Assembly (NCBI GenBank): GCA_902790595.1
Contig: CADASL010000009.1
Location: forward strand, 25,229-89,228
Source of the DNA: an uncultured Bacteroidales bacterium
GTDB taxonomy: Bacteria > Bacteroidota > Bacteroidia > Bacteroidales > SZUA-534
DNA: 64,000 nucleotides
Direction of reading: 5' to 3'
Shown: in pieces, positions 6,848 through 14,767 of the stretch
Position numbering within the stretch: the stretch's first letter is position 1
Layout of the letters: every line of letters begins with the position of its first letter
Notes under the pieces: model-generated
The model's database searches: none
What the model saw: only the letters and a program-made list of their open reading frames with translations
What the model was told of the DNA's origin: nothing
Translations under genes and position numbers: made by a program

Positions 6848-9340
6848 ATGGAAGAGCAGGTTTATAACAAAAAACGCCTGTCGGAACTGACCGACAGCAA
6901 TCCGGCAATCATCACCAAAGTGCTCGGACACGGCGCTTTCCGCAAACGAATCACCGAAATGGGATTTGTGTCGGGCACCAGCATCAGGCTGATAAAATAT
7001 GCGCCGCTGAAGGACCCGATTGAATATGAGTTGCTTGGCTACCACGTTTCGCTGCGGCGAAGCGAGGCCGAGCTGATTGAAGTGGTTACCGACCCGAACG
7101 CGGCAACCAACCAAGGCGATAATTTTGATAAGGATGCCCTCATCTCGGAGCCGTTCCGCAAGCGCGCAACGCAGATGAGCCACACCATCAACATCGCCCT
7201 TGTGGGAAACCCCAACTGCGGCAAGACATCGCTCTTCAACCACGCCACTGGCCGCCACGAGAAGGTTGGCAACTACAGCGGCGTGACCGTTGACACCAAA
7301 ATGGCCAGCGTCACGCACAAAGGCTACACCATCAACATCACCGACCTACCCGGAACTTACTCAATATCAGAATATACGCCGGAGGAACTATATGTCCGCA
7401 AGCACATTTTTGAGGAGAACCCCGACATCATTCTGAACGTCATCGACGCATCGAACCTTGAGCGCAACCTTTACCTCACCACGCAACTTATCGCGATGAA
7501 TATCAGGATGGTAGTGGCATTGAATATGTTCGATGAACTGGAGCGTAAGGGCGACCGCCTCGACTACGATATGCTTGGCAAGATGCTCGGCATTCCGTTT
7601 GTGCCAACCAACGGCCGCGATGGCGCTGGTCTTAACACCTTGTTCGACAGAATTATAGAGGTGTTTGAGGAACGCGATGCCGATGCCCGCCAGATTCAGG
7701 TTAACTATGGCAGCAATGTTGAGAAAGCTATCGGCGTGGTGAAATCGGAAATTGAACAGCATCAGCTACTTAACGAGAAATATTGTCCTCGTTTTGCGGC
7801 CATCAAACTGATTGAAGGCGACAAGATTTTCATCAAGAACATTGCCGCTCACCCCGACGCCAACCATATTATTGAGTGGGCCGACAAGGAGCGCGCCGAA
7901 CTTGAGCGCGAGTATGGCAATCAGGCCGAAACGGTGCTTGCCGATGCTCGTTACGGCTTCATCCGCGGCGCATTGAAAGAGACCTTCCTGCCATCGCAGC
8001 AACCCGACAACGGCAAAGGCTACAAGGTGGATAAAATTCTGACACATAAATGGTTGGGCATTCCCGCATTCATCTTTTTTATGTGGCTGATGTTCCAAGC
8101 TACATTCACCCTTGGCCAGTATCCGATGGACTGGATTGAGGCTGGTGTTGATTGGCTTGGCGAGTTTATGGCCGGGCTCATACCTGAGGGCACTCTTCAC
8201 GATTTGATTATCGACGGCATCATCAGTGGTGTTGGCGGAGTCATCGTTTTTCTGCCTAACATATTGATTTTGTTTCTGTTCATATCCATTATGGAAGATA
8301 CCGGCTATATGGCTCGGGCGGCGTTCATTATGGATGTGGCGATGCATAAAATCGGGCTTCACGGCAAGTCGTTCATTCCTTTGCTGATGGGTTTTGGTTG
8401 CAATGTGCCTGCCATTATGGCCACTCGCACGCTCGAGAACAAGAAAGACCGTCTGCTCACAATGCTCATTGTGCCGCTGATGTCGTGCAGCGCGCGGCTT
8501 CCGGTATTCATTCTTCTCATTTCGGCATTTTTCAGCACGCATCAGGCGCTCATTCTGCTGTCGATATATATTATTGGTATCGCCCTTGCGGTGATAGCCG
8601 CGATGGTGTTCAAACGGCTGTTTTTCAGCCATAGCGAGGCTCCGTTTGTGATGGAGCTGCCGCCCTACCGCATCCCGACTTTGCGTAACACGCTGATTCA
8701 TATGTGGGATAAGAGCTGGCAATATCTGCACAAGATGGGAACGGTGATTCTGCTTGCGTCAATTATCATATGGGCGCTCGGGCACTTCCCGCAGAAAGTG
8801 CACTATTCAACGCCTTATGATGTGGTTATTGCCCAAGTTGAACAAGACACCACTCTGACCGACAGTCAGAAAGCCGTCAGCATCAGTCAGTTGGAAAGTG
8901 AGCGCGAAGCCGAGCATCTTGAGAAATCGTACATCGGGCGCCTTGGGCACTTCATCGAGCCAGTCATCCGTCCGCTGGGCTTCGACTGGAAAATTGGCGT
9001 GTGCATAATGACCGGACTTGCAGCTAAAGAGGTGGTTGTGAGCACAATGGGCGTGCTTTATCAAGCCGGTGACACCGATGATGACACCGCCGCCCTTCAA
9101 ACCAAACTGCAACAGCAAACCTACAAGAGCGGTCCGCACAAGGGCGAGAAAGTGTTCAGCCCGCTGGTGGCTTTCGGTATGATGATTTTCGTTCTCATCT
9201 ATATGCCGTGCATTGCGGCCATAACCGCCATCAAAAAGGAGGGCGGCCGCAAGTGGGCCATACTCACGGGCTGCTACACAACTGCGCTTGCCTGGCTTAT
9301 GGCGTTTGCCGTGTTCCAAATCGGAAGTTTGTTTATTTAG
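6848..9340 (+). CDS. feoB: Ferrous iron transporter FeoB with N-terminal FeoA domain (FeoAB fusion)
   Basis: 830 aa. It has a FeoA SH3-like N-terminus, the G-domain motifs 'GNPNCGKTSLFN' and 'DLPG', and the polytopic FeoB gate regions. Confidence 0.95.
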   Translation: MEEQVYNKKRLSELTDSNPAIITKVLGHGAFRKRITEMGFVSGTSIRLIKYAPLKDPIEYELLGYHVSLRRSEAELIEVVTDPNAATNQGDNFDKDALISEPFRKRATQMSHTINIALVGNPNCGKTSLFNHATGRHEKVGNYSGVTVDTKMASVTHKGYTINITDLPGTYSISEYTPEELYVRKHIFEENPDIILNVIDASNLERNLYLTTQLIAMNIRMVVALNMFDELERKGDRLDYDMLGKMLGIPFVPTNGRDGAGLNTLFDRIIEVFEERDADARQIQVNYGSNVEKAIGVVKSEIEQHQLLNEKYCPRFAAIKLIEGDKIFIKNIAAHPDANHIIEWADKERAELEREYGNQAETVLADARYGFIRGALKETFLPSQQPDNGKGYKVDKILTHKWLGIPAFIFFMWLMFQATFTLGQYPMDWIEAGVDWLGEFMAGLIPEGTLHDLIIDGIISGVGGVIVFLPNILILFLFISIMEDTGYMARAAFIMDVAMHKIGLHGKSFIPLLMGFGCNVPAIMATRTLENKKDRLLTMLIVPLMSCSARLPVFILLISAFFSTHQALILLSIYIIGIALAVIAAMVFKRLFFSHSEAPFVMELPPYRIPTLRNTLIHMWDKSWQYLHKMGTVILLASIIIWALGHFPQKVHYSTPYDVVIAQVEQDTTLTDSQKAVSISQLESEREAEHLEKSYIGRLGHFIEPVIRPLGFDWKIGVCIMTGLAAKEVVVSTMGVLYQAGDTDDDTAALQTKLQQQTYKSGPHKGEKVFSPLVAFGMMIFVLIYMPCIAAITAIKKEGGRKWAILTGCYTTALAWLMAFAVFQIGSLFI

Positions 9341-9492
9341 GATTTAGAATGTAGGAATTAGGATTTGAACGCTTATTTTTTGACTACAAACATCGGACAA
9401 GAATTGAGTAATGATTAATGTGTAAAGTGTAATGATTCGTAACCCGTAATTCATAATTCAAAATCCTAACTTCTAACTTCTAACTCCTAAAT
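9335..9492 (+). repeat. Heptamer tract whose two ends are 32-nt imperfect inverted repeats
   Basis: Left arm 9335-9366 is atttaggatttagaatgtaggaattaggattt. The reverse complement of 9461-9492 is atttaggagttagaagttagaagttaggattt. About 27/32 positions match. Between the arms lie GTAAnnn and CTAAC-type heptamers. Confidence 0.85.
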
Positions 9493-9496
9493 ATCA

Positions 9497-9655
9497 ATGG
9501 TTCAGGAAATAATAACTTGGTTGATTGTTGCCGCGGCAGTCGTTTGGATTGTGAAACGCATCTATGACCGCACACGCGGCGGAGGCTGCGATTGCGGCTG
9601 CGGTTGTGGAAGTGGGAGTGAAGGTTGCAATTGCGGTTGCGACGGATGTCGGTAA
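9497..9655 (+). CDS. FeoB-associated Cys-rich membrane protein (52 aa, below ORF-track cutoff)
   Basis: My translation is MVQEIITWLIVAAAVVWIVKRIYDRTRGGGCDCGCGCGSGSEGCNCGCDGCR*. It has one TM helix and a (C-x)n tail, lies directly downstream of feoB, and is followed by a terminator. Confidence 0.8.
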   Translation: MVQEIITWLIVAAAVVWIVKRIYDRTRGGGCDCGCGCGSGSEGCNCGCDGCR

Positions 9656-9700
9656 GAGACACAGTTTCTGAGAGTTGGTGGATTCGACTCGACATTCAAA

Positions 9701-9739
9701 GGCCGGAAATCATTTCGATATGGTTCCGGCCTTTTTTTT
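9701..9739 (+). terminator. Intrinsic terminator ending the feo unit
   Basis: ggccggaa (9701-9708) pairs with ttccggcc (9724-9731), followed by T8. Confidence 0.8.
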
Positions 9740-9765
9740 GTTTGCAAAGCCGCATCCGCCCAAAA

Positions 9766-9802
9766 CGTTAACAAAACGTTAAACCCCGTTAATTTTTGTT
9801 AA
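9766..9802 (+). promoter_or_regulatory. Four helically phased (C/T)GTTAA repeats upstream of the bat operon
   Basis: cgttaa occurs at 9766, 9777 and 9787, and tgttaa at 9797 (spacing 11, 10, 10 nt). The array lies 90-126 nt upstream of ATG 9892. Confidence 0.4.
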
Positions 9803-9891
9803 TAGGTGTCAGCCCTATCAAATGTTTTATCAAATTTGCGCCGTTGAGTTGAAAAAATAATAAGAAACCGAAAACATATAAAACAATAATT

Positions 9892-10887
9892 ATGAGCGAA
9901 ATTGTTGATATCAAAGAACTTAATGACCGCATACAACGCGAAAGTTCGTTTGTCGACCTAATCACTATGGAGATGAACAAGGTGATTGTGGGTCAAAAGC
10001 ATTTGACTGAATGTCTGCTGATTGGCTTGCTGTCCGATGGGCACATTCTTCTTGAGGGCCTTCCAGGATTGGCCAAGACATTGGCAATTAACACGTTGGC
10101 GCAGACAATCAATGCTGGGTTCAGCCGAATCCAGTTCACACCCGATTTGCTGCCTGCCGACGTCATTGGAACAATGATTTACAGCCCCAAAACCGAGGAG
10201 TTCAGCGTCAAGAAGGGCCCGATTTTCACCAACTTCGTGCTGGCCGATGAGATTAACCGTGCCCCCGCAAAGGTTCAGAGCGCACTGCTCGAGGCGATGC
10301 AGGAGAAGCAGGTCACCATTGGCGACACCACTTTCCAACTCGAAAAGCCGTTCCTGGTGATGGCCACACAAAACCCCATTGAGCAAGAGGGAACCTATCC
10401 GCTGCCCGAGGCGCAGATGGACCGTTTTATGCTCAAGGTGATTATCGGCTACCCGAAGAAGGAAGAAGAGCAACTCATTGTGCGTCAGAACATTCAGCGC
10501 ACCTTCCCGAAGGCCAACAAGATTCTCTCGACCGACGAGATTGTCAAGGCGCGCGAAGTTGTGAAAGACGTCTATATGGACGAGAAAATCGAACGTTATA
10601 TTGTTGATATTGTGTTCGCTACACGTTACCCCGACGAGTACAAACTCGAATATCTGAAAGAGATGATTGGCTTTGGCGGTTCGCCGCGTGCCAGCATTAG
10701 TCTGTCGAAAGCCGCAAAAGCCTACGCGTTCATTAAACGCCGCGGCTACGTGGTGCCCGAGGATGTGCGCGCCGTCTGCCACGATGTTCTGCGCCACCGT
10801 ATCGGTTTGACGTATCAGGCTGAAGCCGAAAACATTACAACCGAAGACATTATCAACGAGATATTGAATAAGGTGGAAGTACCTTAA
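9892..10887 (+). CDS. MoxR-family AAA+ ATPase (first gene of the Bat/aerotolerance cluster)
   Basis: 331 aa. Walker A-like 'GLPGLAKT', Walker B 'LADEINRA', and 'MATQNPIEQEGTYPLPEAQMDRF'. Confidence 0.9.
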   Translation: MSEIVDIKELNDRIQRESSFVDLITMEMNKVIVGQKHLTECLLIGLLSDGHILLEGLPGLAKTLAINTLAQTINAGFSRIQFTPDLLPADVIGTMIYSPKTEEFSVKKGPIFTNFVLADEINRAPAKVQSALLEAMQEKQVTIGDTTFQLEKPFLVMATQNPIEQEGTYPLPEAQMDRFMLKVIIGYPKKEEEQLIVRQNIQRTFPKANKILSTDEIVKAREVVKDVYMDEKIERYIVDIVFATRYPDEYKLEYLKEMIGFGGSPRASISLSKAAKAYAFIKRRGYVVPEDVRAVCHDVLRHRIGLTYQAEAENITTEDIINEILNKVEVP

Positions 10888-10999
10888 TTAGGTGTTAGGC
10901 ATTAGAAATTTTAAATTACGAATTATGAATTACGAGTTACGAAATCGGAATTGAACAATTGGAATTCGTAATTCGGCATTCGGAATTAAAGATTAAAAC
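10888..10999 (+). repeat. 16 consecutive in-phase heptamers (consensus TTAnGAA)
   Basis: ttaggtg|ttaggca|ttagaaa|ttttaaa|ttacgaa|ttatgaa|ttacgag|ttacgaa|atcggaa|ttgaaca|attggaa|ttcgtaa|ttcggca|ttcggaa|ttaaaga|ttaaaac. The array begins at the base after the moxR stop. Confidence 0.9.
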
Positions 11000-11028
11000 C
11001 CAATACCACTCTGAAAATCAATCAATAA

Positions 11029-11904
11029 TTGGTTATGGAGACTTCGGAATTATTAAAAAAGGTACGGCACATTGAGATTAAGACACGCGGGCTGTCGAAC
11101 CAGATTTTTGCGGGCGAGTATCACAGCGCCTTCAAAGGTAAAGGTATGACATTCAGCGAGGTGCGCGAGTACAACTACGGCGATGCCATTCGCGACATTG
11201 ACTGGAACGTGACGGCGCGGCTCAACCACCCGTTTGTCAAGGTTTTTGAGGAGGAGCGCGAACTGACCGTGATGCTGCTGATTGATGTCAGCGGCTCGAA
11301 AAACTTCGGTACGCGCAGCCAGTACAAACTCGACCTGATGACCGAAATCGCCGCCGTGCTCTCGTTTTCGGCCATTAAGAACAACGATAAGATTGGCGTA
11401 ATAATGTTCAGCGACAAGGTGGAGAAGTTCATTCCGCCGCAGAAAGGCCGCAAGCACATTCTGCGCATTATCCAGGAACTGCTCAACTTTGAGCCGCAGA
11501 GCCGCCAGACCAATGTGGCAGCGGCTTTGGAGTACCTGACCAGCGCCATTAAGAAACGCTGCATTGCGTTTGTCATTTCCGACTTTATCGATGAGCGTTT
11601 CAACGACGCGCTCACCATTGCCAACCGCAAGCACGACCTTGTGGCTCTGCGCATTTACGACCAACGCGAGACCGAAATGCCGTCGATTGGACTTGTGCAG
11701 ATGACCGATGCCGAAACGGGCGCCACGCAATGGGTTGACACGTCGAGCCGCGCCGTGCGCGAGGCCTACAGCCATTGGTGGACGTCGCTCTCGCTCAACG
11801 TCGAGTCGGCGTTCAAGCGTAGCGGAGTTGATTTCGCAACCATTGCCACTGGCGACGACTACGTGAAGCCGCTTATCGGACTGTTCAAGCACCGAAGCGT
11901 GTGA
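11029..11904 (+). CDS. DUF58 domain protein (MoxR partner, VWA-like)
   Basis: 291 aa. 'SAFKGKGMTFSEVREYNYGDAIRDIDWNVTAR' is the DUF58 signature. Confidence 0.85.
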   Translation: MVMETSELLKKVRHIEIKTRGLSNQIFAGEYHSAFKGKGMTFSEVREYNYGDAIRDIDWNVTARLNHPFVKVFEEERELTVMLLIDVSGSKNFGTRSQYKLDLMTEIAAVLSFSAIKNNDKIGVIMFSDKVEKFIPPQKGRKHILRIIQELLNFEPQSRQTNVAAALEYLTSAIKKRCIAFVISDFIDERFNDALTIANRKHDLVALRIYDQRETEMPSIGLVQMTDAETGATQWVDTSSRAVREAYSHWWTSLSLNVESAFKRSGVDFATIATGDDYVKPLIGLFKHRSV

Positions 11905-11993
11905 GATTTAGGAGTTAGGAATTAGAATTTAGGAGTTAGTCAATGTATAGAATATGGTGTTGGGTGTTGGTAAGGATGCGATTTATCGCGTCC
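11905..11993 (+). repeat. Heptamer tract (nnnTTAG x5 etc.) ending in a GGATGCGA/TCGCGTCC stem-loop (family copy 2)
   Basis: gatttag|gagttag|gaattag|aatttag|gagttag|... The stem is 11974-11981 / 11986-11993 with loop ttta. Confidence 0.8.
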
Positions 11994-12172
11994 GCCCCCG
12001 ATAACAATCGAAACACCTGTTAAACAATTAAAAATTAACAATTAAAAATGAAGGCAGATGAACATAGTTCGGATTGAATCTGATAAAATCGGTTAGAGAT
12101 ATAAATCAGTGTTAATCAGTGTATTCTGTGTTATCTGTGCGAGAATCAAAAATCGAAAATCACAATTCAAAA

Positions 12173-13174
12173 ATGTCTAAATATCTGACAATATTGGTAA
12201 TGGCGATGATGCTGGCGCTGGGTGAAGCCCACGCGCAAGTGAGTGTTTCGGCCAAAATCGACACGTCGATGATGCTCATTGGCGACCAGACCAATTTCCG
12301 CATTGAGGCTTCGTTTCCAGACGGTTACAAGGTGATGCTGCCTGTTATGGCCGACACCGTGTCGCGCGGACTCGAGATTGTTGAGGCTGGAACGGTCGAT
12401 TCTGTGCTGGCCGACGGTATTGTCCGCATAAGCCAAAAATATGTGGTCACCAACTTCGACAGCGGCTGGTACGCAGTGCGCCAACTGCCGTTCGCTATTC
12501 TCGACCCAAGCGGCAACACCGACACAATCTATTCAGAACAAGTGTATTACGGCGTGATGACAATGCCGCTCGACACGGCAAACGCCAACGCAATCTGCCC
12601 GCCGAAACCGATGGCGGAGGCGCCGTTCAAAATCAGCGAACTGGTGCCATATGTGAAATGGGCGATGCTTGCGCTGCTTGTGGCGGCCATTGTGGCGCTT
12701 TTAGTCTATGTGCTTGTCAAGCGCAAACGCAACGAGCCGATTTTCGCCAAACCCAAACCGCAGGAGCCTGCGCACGTTATCGCTCTGCGCCAATTGGACG
12801 AACTCAAGGAGCAAAAACTCTGGCAGCGCGGGCTGGTGAAGGAGTTCTACTCGTCGCTCACCGACATTGTGCGCGTCTATCTGAACGGCCGATTCGGCGT
12901 GCAGGCGATGGAGAGCACCACGGCCGAGATTATGCAGATGACGAAGAACGTGCCCGAAATCGACAAAGACCTGCGCAGCAACTTGCAAGACCTGCTCGAG
13001 CGGGCCGATTTTGTGAAATTCGCGAAAGCGCAGGCCGAGGCCAACGAGAACGAGGCAAGTTTCGCCTTTGTTGAGCATTTCGTGCTGACAACCAAGCCTG
13101 TAGAGCAACTTCGCGACGATGAAGACGCGCCCGAAGGCGAGGCCAAAGTCGAACAAAACGAAAAAACGGAGTAG
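12173..13174 (+). CDS. Bat-cluster membrane protein (signal peptide, one TM, acidic tail); third ORF of the cluster
   Basis: Start taken at the inner ATG (MSKYLTILVMAMMLALGEAHAQ). The TM is 'WAMLALLVAAIVALLVYVLV'. Its position between DUF58 and batA matches the described Bacteroides bat cluster. I do not recognise the family name. Confidence 0.6.
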   Translation: MSKYLTILVMAMMLALGEAHAQVSVSAKIDTSMMLIGDQTNFRIEASFPDGYKVMLPVMADTVSRGLEIVEAGTVDSVLADGIVRISQKYVVTNFDSGWYAVRQLPFAILDPSGNTDTIYSEQVYYGVMTMPLDTANANAICPPKPMAEAPFKISELVPYVKWAMLALLVAAIVALLVYVLVKRKRNEPIFAKPKPQEPAHVIALRQLDELKEQKLWQRGLVKEFYSSLTDIVRVYLNGRFGVQAMESTTAEIMQMTKNVPEIDKDLRSNLQDLLERADFVKFAKAQAEANENEASFAFVEHFVLTTKPVEQLRDDEDAPEGEAKVEQNEKTE

Positions 13175-13177
13175 ACT

Positions 13178-14173
13178 ATGGAAAATATAACATTCAACAA
13201 TCCTAACCTGCTGTATCTGTTGCTTTTACTGATACCGATGGTGGGTTGGTACGTGTGGAAGCACCGCGATATGGACACGTCGGTGCGCCTGTCGACGCTC
13301 GACGGATTCGCCAAAGCGCCGCGTACCTATAAATGGTATCTGCGCCACGTGCCCTTCGCCCTGCGCACGCTTGCAATGGCCGTGCTGGTGGTGGCTCTGG
13401 CACGTCCGCAGTCAACCGACCGCTGGAGCAACACAACCACCGAGGGAATCGACATTGTGGTGGCGCTCGACATTTCGGGCAGTATGCTTGCCGAGGATTT
13501 CAAGCCCAACCGCCTTGAAGCCGCAAAAAGCGACGCCATAAAATTCATATCGGGCCGCCCCAACGACCGTATCGGTCTTGTGGTGTTCGCTGGCGAGAGT
13601 TTCACGCAGTGCCCGCTCACAACCGACCACGCCGTGCTTATCAATCTGATTAACGACGTGAAAAGCGGAATGATTGAAGACGGAACGGCCATTGGCGTGG
13701 GGCTGGCCAACGCAGTGAGCCGCCTGAAGGAATCAACGGCCAAAAGCAAGGTTGTGATTCTGATGACTGACGGTGTGAACAACCGAGGCGAGATTCCGCC
13801 GCTCACCGCCGCCGACATTGCGCAGGCAATGGGCGTCCGCGTTTACACCGTGGGCATTGGCACGCAAGGTCAGGCGCCATATCCGTTCACCGACGCCTTC
13901 GGCAACAAGCACTATCAGAATGTCGATGTTGAGATTGACGAGGAGGTGCTTTCGCAGATAGCCAACCAGACCGATGGCCGCTACTTCCGCGCCACCAGCA
14001 ACCGCCGTCTGCAGGAAGTTTACGAACAGATTGACCAACTCGAGAAATCGAAAATCGAGACCAAAGAATACAGCAAGAAGAACGAGGAGTATCTGCCGCT
14101 GCTGCTTGCAGGACTGACGCTGCTCGCCCTTGAACTGCTGATGCGCAACACCGTGATGCGGGGAGTGAGTTGA
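13178..14173 (+). CDS. batA: VWA-domain membrane protein BatA
   Basis: 331 aa. N-terminal TMs and the VWA MIDAS motif 'VALDISGSM'. The position is as expected in the cluster. Confidence 0.85.
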   Translation: MENITFNNPNLLYLLLLLIPMVGWYVWKHRDMDTSVRLSTLDGFAKAPRTYKWYLRHVPFALRTLAMAVLVVALARPQSTDRWSNTTTEGIDIVVALDISGSMLAEDFKPNRLEAAKSDAIKFISGRPNDRIGLVVFAGESFTQCPLTTDHAVLINLINDVKSGMIEDGTAIGVGLANAVSRLKESTAKSKVVILMTDGVNNRGEIPPLTAADIAQAMGVRVYTVGIGTQGQAPYPFTDAFGNKHYQNVDVEIDEEVLSQIANQTDGRYFRATSNRRLQEVYEQIDQLEKSKIETKEYSKKNEEYLPLLLAGLTLLALELLMRNTVMRGVS

Positions 14174-14325
14174 GGAAATGTAAAATTGAAAATGAAAAAT
14201 TAAAAATGATAGGTTGTTGAGATAGTTGAGAAGGTTTAGAAAGTTGAGTAAGTTTATGCTAAACAGCGAAGCGCTCAACATTCTCAACCGCGAAGCACTA
14301 AACTTAAAACTTCAGAACATAAGCA
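14174..14325 (+). repeat. Short-period tract (7- and 9-nt units) containing copy 1 (14280-14318) of a 39-bp direct repeat
   Basis: gaaaatg|aaaaatt|aaaaatg, then ttgagatag|ttgagaagg|tttagaaag|ttgagtaag. 'attctcaaccgcgaagcactaaacttaaaacttcagaac' recurs at 14715-14753. Confidence 0.85.
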
Positions 14326-14703
14326 ATGAAACTATTTGTTTTATATATAGCAATGATATTACTATTATCGAGTTGTGAAAACAACAATAATATTTTGGGT
14401 GTATATGAAGCCCGTTACAAAGAAAAAGGAACGTTACATTATGTTGAATTATTCCCTGATAATACATTTTGCCACGTATATGAAAAAAATGGTAATAGAA
14501 AAGAACATAGAAGCACTTTTCACTTTTATAAAATTAAAAATCATTATTCTATTGATTTTGACGAATGGAAAGATTTTGATGAAAGAACAATCGAATATAA
14601 GAAAAGATACCATTCTTCGGTTAGAAAGAATGATTTGCTAATTAATAAAGGTCAAATATTTTTTGATATGGATTTATATGAATTAAATTTTCAAAAAAAA
14701 TAG
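14326..14703 (+). CDS. Hypothetical AT-rich lipoprotein inserted between batA and batB
   Basis: 125 aa with lipobox 'LLLSSC'. G+C is 14/60 and 12/60 in two lines I counted, against 33/60 in batA. I recognise no family. Confidence 0.55.
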   Translation: MKLFVLYIAMILLLSSCENNNNILGVYEARYKEKGTLHYVELFPDNTFCHVYEKNGNRKEHRSTFHFYKIKNHYSIDFDEWKDFDERTIEYKKRYHSSVRKNDLLINKGQIFFDMDLYELNFQKK

Positions 14704-14714
14704 AAAATGCCATT

Positions 14715-14753
14715 ATTCTCAACCGCGAAGCACTAAACTTAAAACTTCAGAAC
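14715..14753 (+). repeat. Copy 2 of the 39-bp direct repeat flanking the inserted ORF
   Basis: Identical to 14280-14318. Confidence 0.9.
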
Positions 14754-14767
14754 TTAAAACTTTAAAA

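Noticed and set aside
7766-8731. Long antisense ORFs in the track, including 7766..8731(-), 9958..10797(-), 11053..11892(-), 22562..23890(+), 26270..27058(-), 29178..29909(-), 34216..35037(-), 35109..36050(-), 36338..37288(-), 39352..40236(-), 50590..51381(-) and 52982..53695(-).
   Set aside because: Each lies entirely opposite a gene with strong family motifs. Their translations are low-complexity, Arg/His/Val-rich, and show no motifs. These are the typical shadow ORFs of coding DNA with about 50-55% G+C.
12119-12172. Upstream extensions of several track ORFs: 12119, 41002, 41576, 48425, 49870, 52216, 59282, 31765 and 4768(-).
   Set aside because: The extensions run through heptamer-tract spacer or promoter boxes and often begin at non-ATG codons. 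The inner ATGs give proper signal peptides or lipoboxes, or the expected family N-termini.
14375-14641. An alternative-frame 88-aa ORF inside the AT-rich insert.
   Set aside because: It overlaps the longer lipobox-bearing frame (14326..14703) and its product is low-complexity K/I-rich. It is probably an artefact of A/T richness.
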